NCBI RefSeq assembly: GCF_001564455.1 | Contig: NZ_CP011391.1 | Span: 1,110,001-1,142,000 of the forward strand | DNA: 32,000 nt | Source: Faecalibaculum rodentium | GTDB taxonomy: Bacteria; Bacillota_I; Bacilli_A; Erysipelotrichales; Erysipelotrichaceae | Reading direction: 5' to 3' | Shown here: piece after piece, positions 1 through 8,082 of the stretch | Position numbering within the stretch: the first letter of the stretch is position 1 | How the letters are laid out: each line of letters begins with the position of its first letter | The notes under the pieces: generated by a model | Told to the model about the DNA's origin: nothing | What the model saw: the letters and a program-made list of their open reading frames with translations, nothing else | The model's database searches: none | Made by a program: the position numbers and the translations under genes

Positions 1-1
1 G

Positions 2-145
2 ACCACGGAAACCCGCACACAGGAGACCGTGGCGGCTGCCGATCTGGTGGCCTATCTCGACGGTCTGGATGCCGACGGGGATGACCATCACCACCACGAT
101 CATGAAGAAGGCTGCCAGTGCGAAGCATGCCGGGGAGAACACTGA
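2..145 (+). CDS. hisS: 3' end of a histidyl-tRNA synthetase-like gene (partial, runs off the left edge) with a His/Cys-rich tail
   Basis: Frame 2 is open from the window edge to TGA at 143-145 and reads [47 protein letters not shown]. The first ~20 aa resemble the HisS C-terminal (T/G)-E-Q-x-x-V...L-V-x-Y-L end. It sits directly upstream of aspS, the conserved hisS-aspS pair of Firmicutes. Only 47 aa are visible. Confidence 0.45.
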   Translation, partial: TTETRTQETVAAADLVAYLDGLDADGDDHHHHDHEEGCQCEACRGEH

Positions 146-146
146 T

Positions 147-1877
147 ATGATGAGAAACATCGAAAACGGGACACTGCGCCCGGAACACATTGGCCAGGAC
201 GTTGAGCTCGTCGGCTGGGTTTCCAAAAAGCGGAACTTCGGCCAGCTCTGCTTCATTGACCTGCGGGACAGGACGGGAATCTGCCAGCTGGTGTTTGACG
301 AAGACAAAAAGAACGCCGTGAAGGATGTGCGGAATGAATATATCCTGCATGTCAAGGGAAAGGTGCGGGAACGGGCCAGCAAGAACCCGGATCTGCCGAC
401 AGGGGATGTGGAGGTGGAAGTCACGGACTTTGACATCGTGAACTCTGCTGCCACCACCCCGCTGATCATTGCCGATCAGACCGACGCGCTGGAGGATACC
501 CGGATGCAGTACCGGTATCTGGACCTGCGGCGCCCGCTCATGCAGAAACGGCTGATGGAACGCGCGGCGATCGTGCGCTCGATGCGCGAGTACCTGGACG
601 GACACGGCTTCATCGAAGTGGAGACCCCCATGCTGGGCAAGAGCACACCTGAAGGTGCCCGTGACTATCTGGTCCCCAGCCGGGTGCACCCGGGAAGCTT
701 CTACGCGCTGCCGCAGTCACCCCAGCTGTACAAGCAGCTGCTCATGATTGCCGGCCTGGAACGCTACTATCAGTTTGCCCGGTGTTTCCGGGATGAGGAT
801 CTTCGTGCGGACCGTCAGACCGACTTCACGCAGGTGGACCTGGAGACCAGTTTCCTGGATGAGCAGGAAATCATGTCCATGATGGAAGAGATGCTCGTGA
901 AGCTGATGAAGGATGTCAAGGGCATGGATCTGCCCCGTCCCTTCCGGCAGATCAGCTGGACGGATGCCATGAACACCTATGGATCGGACAAGCCGGATGA
1001 CCGCTTCGGCATGGAGCTGCAGGATCTGAAGACACTCTTCAAAGACACGGAGTTTGCGGTGTTCAAGGACGCCGAAGCCATCAAGGGCATCCAGGTATCC
1101 GGGCTGGAGCATCTGTCCAACAAGGACATCAAGAAATATACCGAATTTGTGAAGAAAAACGGCGGTTCCGGACTGGTGGTCCTGAAAGTCCAGGACGGAC
1201 AGCTGCATGGATCGGCTGCGAAATTTCTGTCCGATGCAGAGAAGGCAGCCCTGCTGGAGGGGATGCAGGAAGGTGATGCCTGGTTCATTGTGTCCGGCCC
1301 CTGGCTGAAGACTGTCAACGCCCTGGGTGCCCTGCGCAACGAGATTGCCTCAATCATGGGCCTGAAGAAGAAGGACGAATTTTCGTTCCTGTGGGTCGTG
1401 GATTTCCCGATGTTCGAGTGGAGTGAAGAGGAAAACCGGTGGACGGCCTGTCACCATCCCTTTACGCAGCCCAAGGCAGAGGATATCCCGCTGCTGACGA
1501 CTGATCCCGGTGCCGTGAAGGCGAATGCCTATGACATCGTGCTGAACGGCTATGAGCTGGGGGGCGGCAGCCTGCGTATTCATGACAATGAACTGCAGAA
1601 GCAGATCTTCGAGATTCTGGGGCTGTCGGATGAAGACATCAAAAAGAAGTTCGGCTTCTTCATTGATGCCTTCCAGTATGGAACGCCGCCACACGGGGGA
1701 CTGGCCTTTGGTCTGGACCGCATCGCGATGATCCTTACAGGCAGCGATTCGATCCGGGATGTCATAGCCTTCCCGAAAAATGCCGCAGCCAATGACCCGA
1801 TGTCCAAGGCTCCGGCGCCGGTGGATCAGGCACAGCTGGAGGAACTGAAGCTGGCTGTTGTGACAGAAAAGAAATAA
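147..1877 (+). CDS. aspS: aspartyl-tRNA synthetase
   Basis: 577 aa starting [25 protein letters not shown]. Class II aaRS motifs are present ([27 protein letters not shown]). I chose ATG at 147 over the ORF-track start at 69 because GGGGAGAA (132-139) gives an SD 7 nt upstream and the hisS-like frame ends at 145. Confidence 0.95.
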   Translation: MMRNIENGTLRPEHIGQDVELVGWVSKKRNFGQLCFIDLRDRTGICQLVFDEDKKNAVKDVRNEYILHVKGKVRERASKNPDLPTGDVEVEVTDFDIVNSAATTPLIIADQTDALEDTRMQYRYLDLRRPLMQKRLMERAAIVRSMREYLDGHGFIEVETPMLGKSTPEGARDYLVPSRVHPGSFYALPQSPQLYKQLLMIAGLERYYQFARCFRDEDLRADRQTDFTQVDLETSFLDEQEIMSMMEEMLVKLMKDVKGMDLPRPFRQISWTDAMNTYGSDKPDDRFGMELQDLKTLFKDTEFAVFKDAEAIKGIQVSGLEHLSNKDIKKYTEFVKKNGGSGLVVLKVQDGQLHGSAAKFLSDAEKAALLEGMQEGDAWFIVSGPWLKTVNALGALRNEIASIMGLKKKDEFSFLWVVDFPMFEWSEEENRWTACHHPFTQPKAEDIPLLTTDPGAVKANAYDIVLNGYELGGGSLRIHDNELQKQIFEILGLSDEDIKKKFGFFIDAFQYGTPPHGGLAFGLDRIAMILTGSDSIRDVIAFPKNAAANDPMSKAPAPVDQAQLEELKLAVVTEKK

Positions 1878-1939
1878 GGCAAAAACCTGACTGGATCAGG
1901 ACCGGCTGTTCCAGACGGTATCTGTGCAGACAGTCATAT

Positions 1940-1976
1940 CCCGCAGGCGGTCAGAGAGATCCGTCTGCGGGTTTTC
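1940..1976 (+). terminator. intrinsic terminator after aspS
   Basis: cccgcaggcgg (1940-1950) pairs with ccgtctgcggg (1961-1971), 11 bp with one G-U pair and a 10-nt loop, followed by TTTT (1972-1975). Confidence 0.7.
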
Positions 1977-2181
1977 CTGGTGTGTCCGGCAAGAGGGCAA
2001 TACAAGCTGCGCAGGAAGCGGCAGGGAGACAGACAGGGATCATGGAAGGAAGCCGCGGATAAGAGCACACGGTATTTGAAATCGGTTTTCTGAAATTATT
2101 GTGAAAGAGTTCCCTGAGAAGTCTGAAGGATGCATAAAAAGATGGATTGTTATAACGGCTGCAATACATAATGATTTTGGC

Positions 2182-2210
2182 TTGTATTCAGGACCCGAAT
2201 TGACTATGAT
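2182..2210 (+). promoter_or_regulatory. sigma-A-like promoter candidate for the orphan RNA unit
   Basis: TTGTAT (2182-2187), exactly 17 nt of spacer, then TATGAT (2205-2210). The predicted start near 2217 coincides with the first base of the outermost helix of the downstream structure. Confidence 0.35.
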
Positions 2211-2216
2211 GGATTT

Positions 2217-2419
2217 GCCCAAGGATATCACAGTTTTTCCTACATGAAGAGATACGGGCAGACGGACGTTGCCTGTTTGTGTTGAATACCGACTGCGTTG
2301 CCGGGATCCTGAAAACAGACACAGTCAGCCCACCTGTAGATACAGGGAAAAATCTCAGTTCTTGGGTATTTGGATGAAATGCAAAGGACCGGAATTCCTG
2401 TGGAATTCCGGTCCTTTTT
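2217..2419 (+). ncRNA. candidate ~200-nt structured small RNA (possibly 6S-like); no ORF with an SD inside
   Basis: The unit is bounded by a promoter-like element and a strong terminator. Four nested helices found by hand form a rod: 2218-2223/2361-2366, 2234-2240/2346-2352, 2256-2263/2324-2331 (one mismatch) and 2273-2278/2313-2318. The longest internal ORF is 13 aa and has no SD. Position just downstream of aspS matches, as I recall it, that of bsrA (6S-1) in B. subtilis. Confidence 0.4.
2386..2419. terminator. strong hairpin terminator, potentially bidirectional
   Basis: ggaccggaattcc (2386-2398) pairs perfectly with ggaattccggtcc (2402-2414), 13 bp with a tgt loop. TTTTT follows on the plus strand (2415-2419). 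AAA lies upstream, giving UUUGCAUUU on the minus strand downstream of the AKR gene. Confidence 0.8.
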
Positions 2420-2487
2420 CAGAGCCGGCTGAGATACCCTGGCCGATTTCATCGAACAGGGAGTTACAGTTCTTCTTTTTTGCCTCT

Positions 2488-3287
2488 TTACTCCATGGGC
2501 GGCAGGGAATCAATGGCCTGCATCTGCTCAGTTGTCAGTTCGAAGTCGAAGACATCCAGATTTTCCCGGATGCGGGCCGGACTGACAGATTTGGGAACCG
2601 GTACGAATCCTTTCTGGATCTCCCAGCGGAGGCAGATCTGTGCGGTGGATTTCCCGTATGCTGCTGCAATCTGGCGCAGAAGGTGATTATTCAGGACACG
2701 TCCTCTGCCCAGCGGACTCCAGGCCATGACCTGGATCCCATGCTGCCGGCAGAACGATGTCACAGTGTCCTGCTTCCACCCGGGATACACCATGATCTGG
2801 TTCACCATCGGCACGATTCCATATCGAACAGCGGCATCAGATCCTCCGGCTTGAAATTCGAGACGCCGATCGCCCGGGCTTTTCCGCTTTTGTAGAGATC
2901 GATCAGGGCCTGCCAGCTCGACCGGTCAAGTTCATGGTCGCCGGAAGGCCAGTGAATCAGGTACAGATCCAGGTATTCAAGCTGCAGTTCCCGCAGGGTT
3001 TTCTCAAAAGAGGCCATGGTCAGTTCATAACCCATAGAATCTTTCCAGACCTTGCTCACGACAAACAGATCTTCGCGGGATACACCGGACTGCATTGCAT
3101 CCCGGATGCCTTGTCCCACCCCTGTTTCATTGCCGTAAAACGCCGCTCCATCGATCAGACGGTAGCCATCCTGCAAAGCCTGACCAACACAGGAACGTGC
3201 CTGGAGATTGTCCAGCAGATATGTGCCGAAGCCGATTTCCGGCATATTCACACCATTTGATAAAGTTCTCATTTCCTTTTCTGCCAT
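2488..3287 (-). pseudogene. aldo-keto reductase split by a frameshift (or an assembly indel)
   Basis: ORF 3287..2802 carries the AKR N-terminal two thirds (LSNGVNMPEIGFGTY, DGAAFYGNE, LIHWP, IGVSNF) and ends ...FDMESCRW*. ORF 2814..2488, in another frame, continues exactly with the expected (V)PMVNQIMVYPGW...AWSPLGRG...PKS...RIRENL. The shift lies within a few nt of 2814-2825. Confidence 0.8.
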
Positions 3288-3299
3288 GTCATTAATCTA

Positions 3300-4301
3300 T
3301 CATTGCCGGATGGAAGATACAATTCTGCTGTCTGACCACAGGCCAAACCAGCCTGGGCGCCCCTGCAGCAGACTGGCTGTCCCGCTCAGACAGAGGAAGA
3401 GCCACAGCAGCCAGGCGGCCAGATCGAAGGGATATCCAAGCCGGGCGCCAAGGATGGGCAGCCACAGATACCCTGCCAGCTGATAGATGCCTCGCAGCAT
3501 CCGTCCGGACAGGCCGTCTGCAGACTCCACCCGCAAAGAAACGGCGGCCATGCCTGGGGTCCGGCCTGCGAGCATGCCCAGCAGGACATAGCCGGTGATC
3601 ATTTCCGGCCACCAGCCAAGGCTCCAGAAGTATAGAACCGCCATCACAAGCGCATCCACAAACAGCGCGGACAGCCTTCGCAGGGGTGATACATGCTGCC
3701 CGGAGCGGTAGCTGGCGGCATCCACCTGACTGCGGGCGGGGAGGATCCCCAGAATGGGGCCCGTGATCAGCCATCCGAGGCAGCCGCCCAGAGTATTGGA
3801 AATCAGGTCATCCACATCGTAGAGACGGTAGGGCCGGGGATAGAGACCGTAAAGTCCGCTCAGCTGGGTGAGCTCGAAAAACATCGACAGTCCCAGGGAC
3901 CACAGGAAAGTTCTGGGAAGGGAGTAGCCGAACCAGTATCTTAGATACATTCCGAAAGGTACGACCATGAGAATGTTGAAGCCAAACTGCCAGAGGGCCG
4001 GATTGTGAAGGACACCATGGGCCGGCAGTTCCTTCAGGAAATCCCGGATGACACCACAGGGATCCAGGTTCATGGTCCTTCCGGTCATATGGGCGACAGC
4101 ATCCCGGGAAGGCAGAGGCAGAATCACCAGGAAATACACAGTCATGAGATAGAGGATGAAGGAGTAGACCACCAGGATCCGAAAGGACCACACAGAGCCG
4201 TATTTGTGATAGTTGTAAAAAATGTAGGGTGTTGTAAACAGCAGAGCTGCCAGGGGAAACCACAGAAAGGAATCCCGGATCACCTCGATATATCCATTCA
4301 T
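3300..4301 (-). CDS. membrane protein, VanZ-like domain fused to a C-terminal RDD domain
   Basis: The VanZ-like core is NLDPCG...FNILMVVPFGMYL...FELTQL...DVDDLISNTLGG. The C-terminal part (RRLSALFVDALV... plus TM segments) looks like an RDD domain. I chose the start at MNGYIEV (4301); the 61 codons upstream in the ORF track are non-membrane and Arg/Gln-rich, and they cross the ttcA terminator. Confidence 0.75.
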   Translation of the reverse strand: MNGYIEVIRDSFLWFPLAALLFTTPYIFYNYHKYGSVWSFRILVVYSFILYLMTVYFLVILPLPSRDAVAHMTGRTMNLDPCGVIRDFLKELPAHGVLHNPALWQFGFNILMVVPFGMYLRYWFGYSLPRTFLWSLGLSMFFELTQLSGLYGLYPRPYRLYDVDDLISNTLGGCLGWLITGPILGILPARSQVDAASYRSGQHVSPLRRLSALFVDALVMAVLYFWSLGWWPEMITGYVLLGMLAGRTPGMAAVSLRVESADGLSGRMLRGIYQLAGYLWLPILGARLGYPFDLAAWLLWLFLCLSGTASLLQGRPGWFGLWSDSRIVSSIRQ

Positions 4302-4438
4302 GGCAGCATTGTACGCTGCCGGAGAAAGATGCAATCTTACATCCGTGTCATCCTGCTGCTGACCCTTCCGCCTTTGCCGCGGTACCGCCGCAACCGGCAG
4401 CTCAGTCTTCCATGGGCAGGCAGCTTGAGACCAGACAG

Positions 4439-4469
4439 AAAAAACCCGCTGTCCAGGCAAAACAGCGGG
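4439..4469 (-). terminator. intrinsic terminator of the ttcA-like gene
   Basis: Read on the minus strand: CCCGCTGT, 9-nt loop, ACAGCGGG (perfect 8 bp; plus-strand coordinates 4445-4452/4462-4469), followed by TTTTTT (4444-4439). It lies 12 nt after the stop codon. Confidence 0.8.
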
Positions 4470-4480
4470 CTGCAGGCAAA

Positions 4481-5305
4481 TCACTGAATGGATCCGGTAT
4501 GAGAATCCGGGGTTTCCTCCTTTCCCGGCTGGTCCTTTCGGTGTACTGTGCCGGTTCTGACATTTTCCGAATCTGCATCATGCCAGAATCCCTTTTCGTC
4601 ACAGTTGGACAGCACAGTCAGAAAATTGTCGCGGGCCATCGGATAGCGGCGATAGACCTCTTCCAGGTCATCCTTGATGCTCTGCCGCTGGGTGAAACCG
4701 TCATTGGGACATACCCGGCGGACACTGGGGATTCCGTTGTCCTGACAGGCCTGGACGATTTCGCTTTCCCGCAGCAGGACCAGAGGCCGGATCAGGTCCA
4801 TGTCCATCCGCGACATGTACTGCAGAGGCTGGAAGGTGGCGGCTTTGGATCCGTGGATCATGTTCAGGAAAAACGTTTCGATGGCGTCATCTGCATGATG
4901 ACCGAAGGCGACTTTGTTGCACCCGAGTTTTTTGGCGGTTTCAAACAGGACGCCTTTTTTCAGCTTCGAACACAGGGAACACTGGATCTGTCCCTGTGTG
5001 CCGCGGTTTTTGTCCAGCTCCAGGATCGGGAAGATCCTGGTTTTTTCGATCTGCAGCGGCAGATCATGATCCCGGCAGTAGCCGGTCATGAGGTCATGGT
5101 CGAATTCTTCGAACCCGACATCCACGTGTATGCCCACGAGCTCGAAGTCTGTATGCGGAAACTTCTGGTACTGTCGCAGGGCAGTCAGCAGCAGCATGCT
5201 GTCTTTCCCTCCCGATACGGCCACAGCTATTTTGTCACCGGGGCGGATCAGGCCGAAGCGGTTGTCCGCCTGCCGGATCCCCCGGAGAATGGTCTGTATT
5301 TTCAT
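4481..5305 (-). CDS. ttcA: TtcA-family PP-loop ATPase (tRNA thiolation-type)
   Basis: 274 aa from MKIQTILRG. PP-loop SGGKDS, CSLC (CxxC), GHHADDAIETFFLN and a later conserved Cys (VCPNDG) are present. AGGAGGA lies 7 nt upstream of the ATG at 5305; the longer ORF-track N-terminus is rejected. Confidence 0.8.
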   Translation of the reverse strand: MKIQTILRGIRQADNRFGLIRPGDKIAVAVSGGKDSMLLLTALRQYQKFPHTDFELVGIHVDVGFEEFDHDLMTGYCRDHDLPLQIEKTRIFPILELDKNRGTQGQIQCSLCSKLKKGVLFETAKKLGCNKVAFGHHADDAIETFFLNMIHGSKAATFQPLQYMSRMDMDLIRPLVLLRESEIVQACQDNGIPSVRRVCPNDGFTQRQSIKDDLEEVYRRYPMARDNFLTVLSNCDEKGFWHDADSENVRTGTVHRKDQPGKEETPDSHTGSIQ

Positions 5306-5422
5306 TGCGGGTTCCTCCTGCATCCGAACCGATTTTGACAGGAAAGCCTGCAAAGGTAAAGCCACGGGCGAATGCTGCTTCCCCTGTGGGACAAAACCGG
5401 TAAAATGGGTACGGTGATAGCT

Positions 5423-6277
5423 ATGAAAGAGACACAGACAGCATCCCTGGACGGGATCCTGGTGATTGACAAGCCTGCGGGGATGACAAGCCACGACGTG
5501 ATCGCCACCCTGCGTCGAAAATACAGACAGAAGAAATTCGGGCATACCGGCACCCTGGATCCCGATGCATCGGGTGTCCTGGTGATCCTGGCCGGGAAAG
5601 CGGCCAAGTGCCTGCAGTTTCTGCCGGATACCGACAAGGAGTACATTGCCGAACTCGCACTTGGATCGGAAACAGATACGGATGATGCATCAGGAACGGT
5701 TGTCCGTACGGCTCCCGTGAACCGGGATTTCTCCCTCGATCAGGAGCTGAAGAAGTTCGAAGGCCCTCTGCACCAGCAGGTGCCCACGACATCGGCAAAG
5801 AAAATTGCCGGCAGAAAGCTCATGGACTACCAGCGGAAAGGACAGGAGGTGCCGGCAGTCTACACAGATGTGACAATCTATGACACAGAGGTTCTGGACG
5901 AGGATGATCTCCGGTTCCGGGTTTCCTGTTCCTCCGGGACATATATCCGGGCCCTCTGCCGTGATCTGGCCAGAGCAACAGGGAACTGCGGTCACATGAA
6001 GTCCCTTCGCCGGACCAGAGCCGGCGGATTTACACTGGAACAGGCAGAACCGCTGGACGCCGACTGTCATACCATCCATCCCATCGAACGGGTCCTCGAG
6101 ACCATACCCGCAGCAGACAGTGCACAGGTGGATCTGTCGGATATCAGAAACGGCAGGCATATACGTCTGAACACACCAGATGACAGAGTGCTGGTTCTGG
6201 ACAGTGATGGTCATGCGCTTGCTGTCTATGACCGGGATCACGGAGATGTGTTTGCCTGTGCAAGGGGGTTGTGGTGA
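5423..6277 (+). CDS. truB: tRNA pseudouridine(55) synthase
   Basis: The N-terminus GILVIDKPAGMTSHDV...GHTGTLDPDASGVL is the TruB catalytic-Asp motif. Start chosen at MKETQ (5423), with GGTGA 6 nt upstream. Confidence 0.92.
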   Translation: MKETQTASLDGILVIDKPAGMTSHDVIATLRRKYRQKKFGHTGTLDPDASGVLVILAGKAAKCLQFLPDTDKEYIAELALGSETDTDDASGTVVRTAPVNRDFSLDQELKKFEGPLHQQVPTTSAKKIAGRKLMDYQRKGQEVPAVYTDVTIYDTEVLDEDDLRFRVSCSSGTYIRALCRDLARATGNCGHMKSLRRTRAGGFTLEQAEPLDADCHTIHPIERVLETIPAADSAQVDLSDIRNGRHIRLNTPDDRVLVLDSDGHALAVYDRDHGDVFACARGLW

Positions 6278-7260
6278 TGCAGATCTTCCGGTTTTCCTAT
6301 ACCAGTATTCCATGCCTTCCCCATTCGGTCCTGGCAGCAGGATTCTTTGACGGATTTCACCAGGGTCATCGTGCCCTGCTGACTGAGGCGAAGAAACAGG
6401 CGGAACGCCTGGGCCTTCCCTGGGGGGTGCTGACCTTCGATCCCGATCCCTGGGCAGTGTTCCGGCCCGGTGAACCGCTGGAGCATATCCAGAGCCTGGA
6501 GGATCGGGAACGAACCGCCGAAGCGCTGGGAGCAAACCTGTTCTGCATCCTGGACTTCACACGCGCGTTTGCCTCCCTGAGCCCGGATGGATTCCACCAG
6601 GTGCTGAAAGATATGCACGTGGACTATCTCGTGACAGGATTTGATTTTCGTTATGGCGCCCGCAATGCCGGCTCTGTGCAGTCCCTGACCAAAGCCGGGT
6701 TCGCACATTCTGTCGTGCAGGCGGTGACGGACCTGGACGGCAAGATTTCCAGCACCCGCATTGAAGAGGCAGTCCGTGGCGGGAATGTGGAAGCGGCAGC
6801 AGCCATGCTTGGCCAGGATTATTCGGTTCCCGGTCTGATTGTCCATGGCTTCGGACGTGGCGGGAAGCTTCTGGGCTTTCCCACCGCCAACCTGCAGCCC
6901 GATCCCGGCTATCTTCTGCCGGCCCGAGGTGTCTATGCCGGGTTTGTGCAGACGGACAGCGGGATCCATGAGGCGATGATCAGCGTCGGCGTCAACCCGA
7001 CCTTCACCGGTACCGGACAGACAGTGGAAGCATTCCTGTTCGACTTCGACTCGGATCTCTATGGACAGCGGGTCCGGTTTTATTTCTCGAGGCGGCTGCG
7101 TCCCGAGAAACGGTTTGATGGACCGGAGGCCCTGAAATCGCAGCTTGTCAAAGACGAAGCACAGTCCCGACAGGTGCTGGACGGACATGACCCGGATCCC
7201 GATGGCGTGTATGCCACAGCCGAAAGCCGGCAGGGCAGTCTGCCGGGACCGGGGGCGTGA
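6277..7260 (+). CDS. ribF: bifunctional riboflavin kinase / FAD synthetase
   Basis: GFFDGFHQGHRAL (nucleotidyltransferase HxGH), SSTRIEEAV, and the C-terminal kinase part GRGGKLLGFPTANL...PTF. The ATG at 6277 overlaps the truB TGA (TGATG), with GGGGG upstream. This is the conserved truB-ribF pair. Confidence 0.92.
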   Translation: MQIFRFSYTSIPCLPHSVLAAGFFDGFHQGHRALLTEAKKQAERLGLPWGVLTFDPDPWAVFRPGEPLEHIQSLEDRERTAEALGANLFCILDFTRAFASLSPDGFHQVLKDMHVDYLVTGFDFRYGARNAGSVQSLTKAGFAHSVVQAVTDLDGKISSTRIEEAVRGGNVEAAAAMLGQDYSVPGLIVHGFGRGGKLLGFPTANLQPDPGYLLPARGVYAGFVQTDSGIHEAMISVGVNPTFTGTGQTVEAFLFDFDSDLYGQRVRFYFSRRLRPEKRFDGPEALKSQLVKDEAQSRQVLDGHDPDPDGVYATAESRQGSLPGPGA

Positions 7261-7310
7261 CAAGGATATGGCTTGTGGTATAAAATGACTTCGTAGAAAC
7301 AGGTGAAAGC

Positions 7311-7640
7311 ATGGCAAAAGAATTCATACAGTTACCTTCCAGGGATTCCCTGGGCACGATCAACCTGAACCGCAGCGTGTTTTCCACCATCGCCACGAAT
7401 GTGATCGATGAAACGGAAAACGTGCAGCTGTTCGAGGGATCCAAGCCGTTCAAGGGCGGCGTGCAGACCAGAATCGAAGACAACCAGCTGTGGCTGACTG
7501 TTCCCGTGAGGATCCAGTACAACACGAATGTCACTGATATCTGCGCCAGCCTGCAGAACCAGATCTTTGAAAGCATTTCGTACATGACGGACTACAAGCC
7601 CGAGTCCATCGAAATCGAAGTCGTAGGGTTCTTGTTTTAA
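7311..7640 (+). CDS. Asp23/Gls24-family (alkaline shock) protein
   Basis: 109 aa with the typical Asp23 pattern (INLNRSVFSTIATNVIDETENV...VPVRIQYNTNVTDICASLQNQI...IEIEVVG). AGGTGA SD upstream. It sits before nusB, as I recall for B. subtilis yqhY. Confidence 0.85.
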   Translation: MAKEFIQLPSRDSLGTINLNRSVFSTIATNVIDETENVQLFEGSKPFKGGVQTRIEDNQLWLTVPVRIQYNTNVTDICASLQNQIFESISYMTDYKPESIEIEVVGFLF

Positions 7641-7641
7641 C

Positions 7642-7669
7642 AGGGGAAATCGCAGGATTTCCTCTTTTT
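7642..7669 (+). terminator. hairpin plus U-tract between the asp23-like gene and nusB (terminator or attenuator)
   Basis: aggggaaatc (7642-7651) pairs with gatttcctct (7656-7665), 10 bp with one G-U pair and a gcag loop, running into TTTTT (7665-7669). Confidence 0.6.
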
Positions 7670-7692
7670 AGATAATGGGAGAATGTAAGAAA

Positions 7693-8082
7693 ATGGACAC
7701 ATCCAAACTGTCACGCAGTGAAATGCGCAAAATCGCCATGGAGGCTCTGTATCAGCACCTGCTGATGGACAGAGACATCCGCCAGGCAGTCTTTGACATC
7801 ACACACTCGAACCAGATCGACGGCTATCTGTATGCCCTGACCATGGGAACCGTGGAACACGAACAGGAACTGACGCAAAAACTGCAGAGCATGCTCCGCA
7901 GTGACTGGTCAGTGGACCGTCTCTCGAAGCTGGACCTGGCGATCCTTCTCATGAGCATGCAGGAAATCCTGTATAACGAAACACCCAAACCGGTGGTCAT
8001 CAACGAGGCAGTCACGCTGGCCCGCAAATATTCGGACGAGGATTCCTACAAGCTCATCAACGGCATTCTGGACCGGCTATGA
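7693..8082 (+). CDS. nusB: transcription antitermination factor NusB
   Basis: LSRSEMRKIAMEALYQ...LDLAILLMSMQEILY...PKPVVINEAVTLARKY...KLINGILD. Start chosen at 7693 (GGGAGAA 8 nt upstream); the alternative is 7675. Confidence 0.85.
   Translation: MDTSKLSRSEMRKIAMEALYQHLLMDRDIRQAVFDITHSNQIDGYLYALTMGTVEHEQELTQKLQSMLRSDWSVDRLSKLDLAILLMSMQEILYNETPKPVVINEAVTLARKYSDEDSYKLINGILDRL

Noticed and set aside
69-146. Longer N-terminal extensions offered by the ORF track for aspS (69), the VanZ-RDD gene (4484), ttcA (5545), truB (5372), dinB (14773), the trmN6-like gene (16091), gatD (22181), the GNAT gene (23815), the sulfite reductase (25799) and tetR (18596).
   Set aside because: In each case an internal ATG or GTG has a proper SD, matches the usual family N-terminus, or both. 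The extension overlaps the upstream gene or a terminator.
2190-2415. aggacccgaatt (2190-2201) is complementary, with one mismatch, to the 3' half of the terminator hairpin, aattccggtcct (2404-2415). This looks like an antiterminator or riboswitch arrangement.
   Set aside because: No plus-strand gene lies downstream of the terminator for it to regulate. The 5' partner also lies upstream of the predicted transcription start (~2217). I kept it only as a caveat on the sRNA model.
2269-2895. 208-aa plus-strand ORF spanning the intergenic region and the AKR gene.
   Set aside because: It runs straight through the 13-bp terminator hairpin and is antisense to the AKR C-terminal half. Its sequence is low-complexity and it has no SD.
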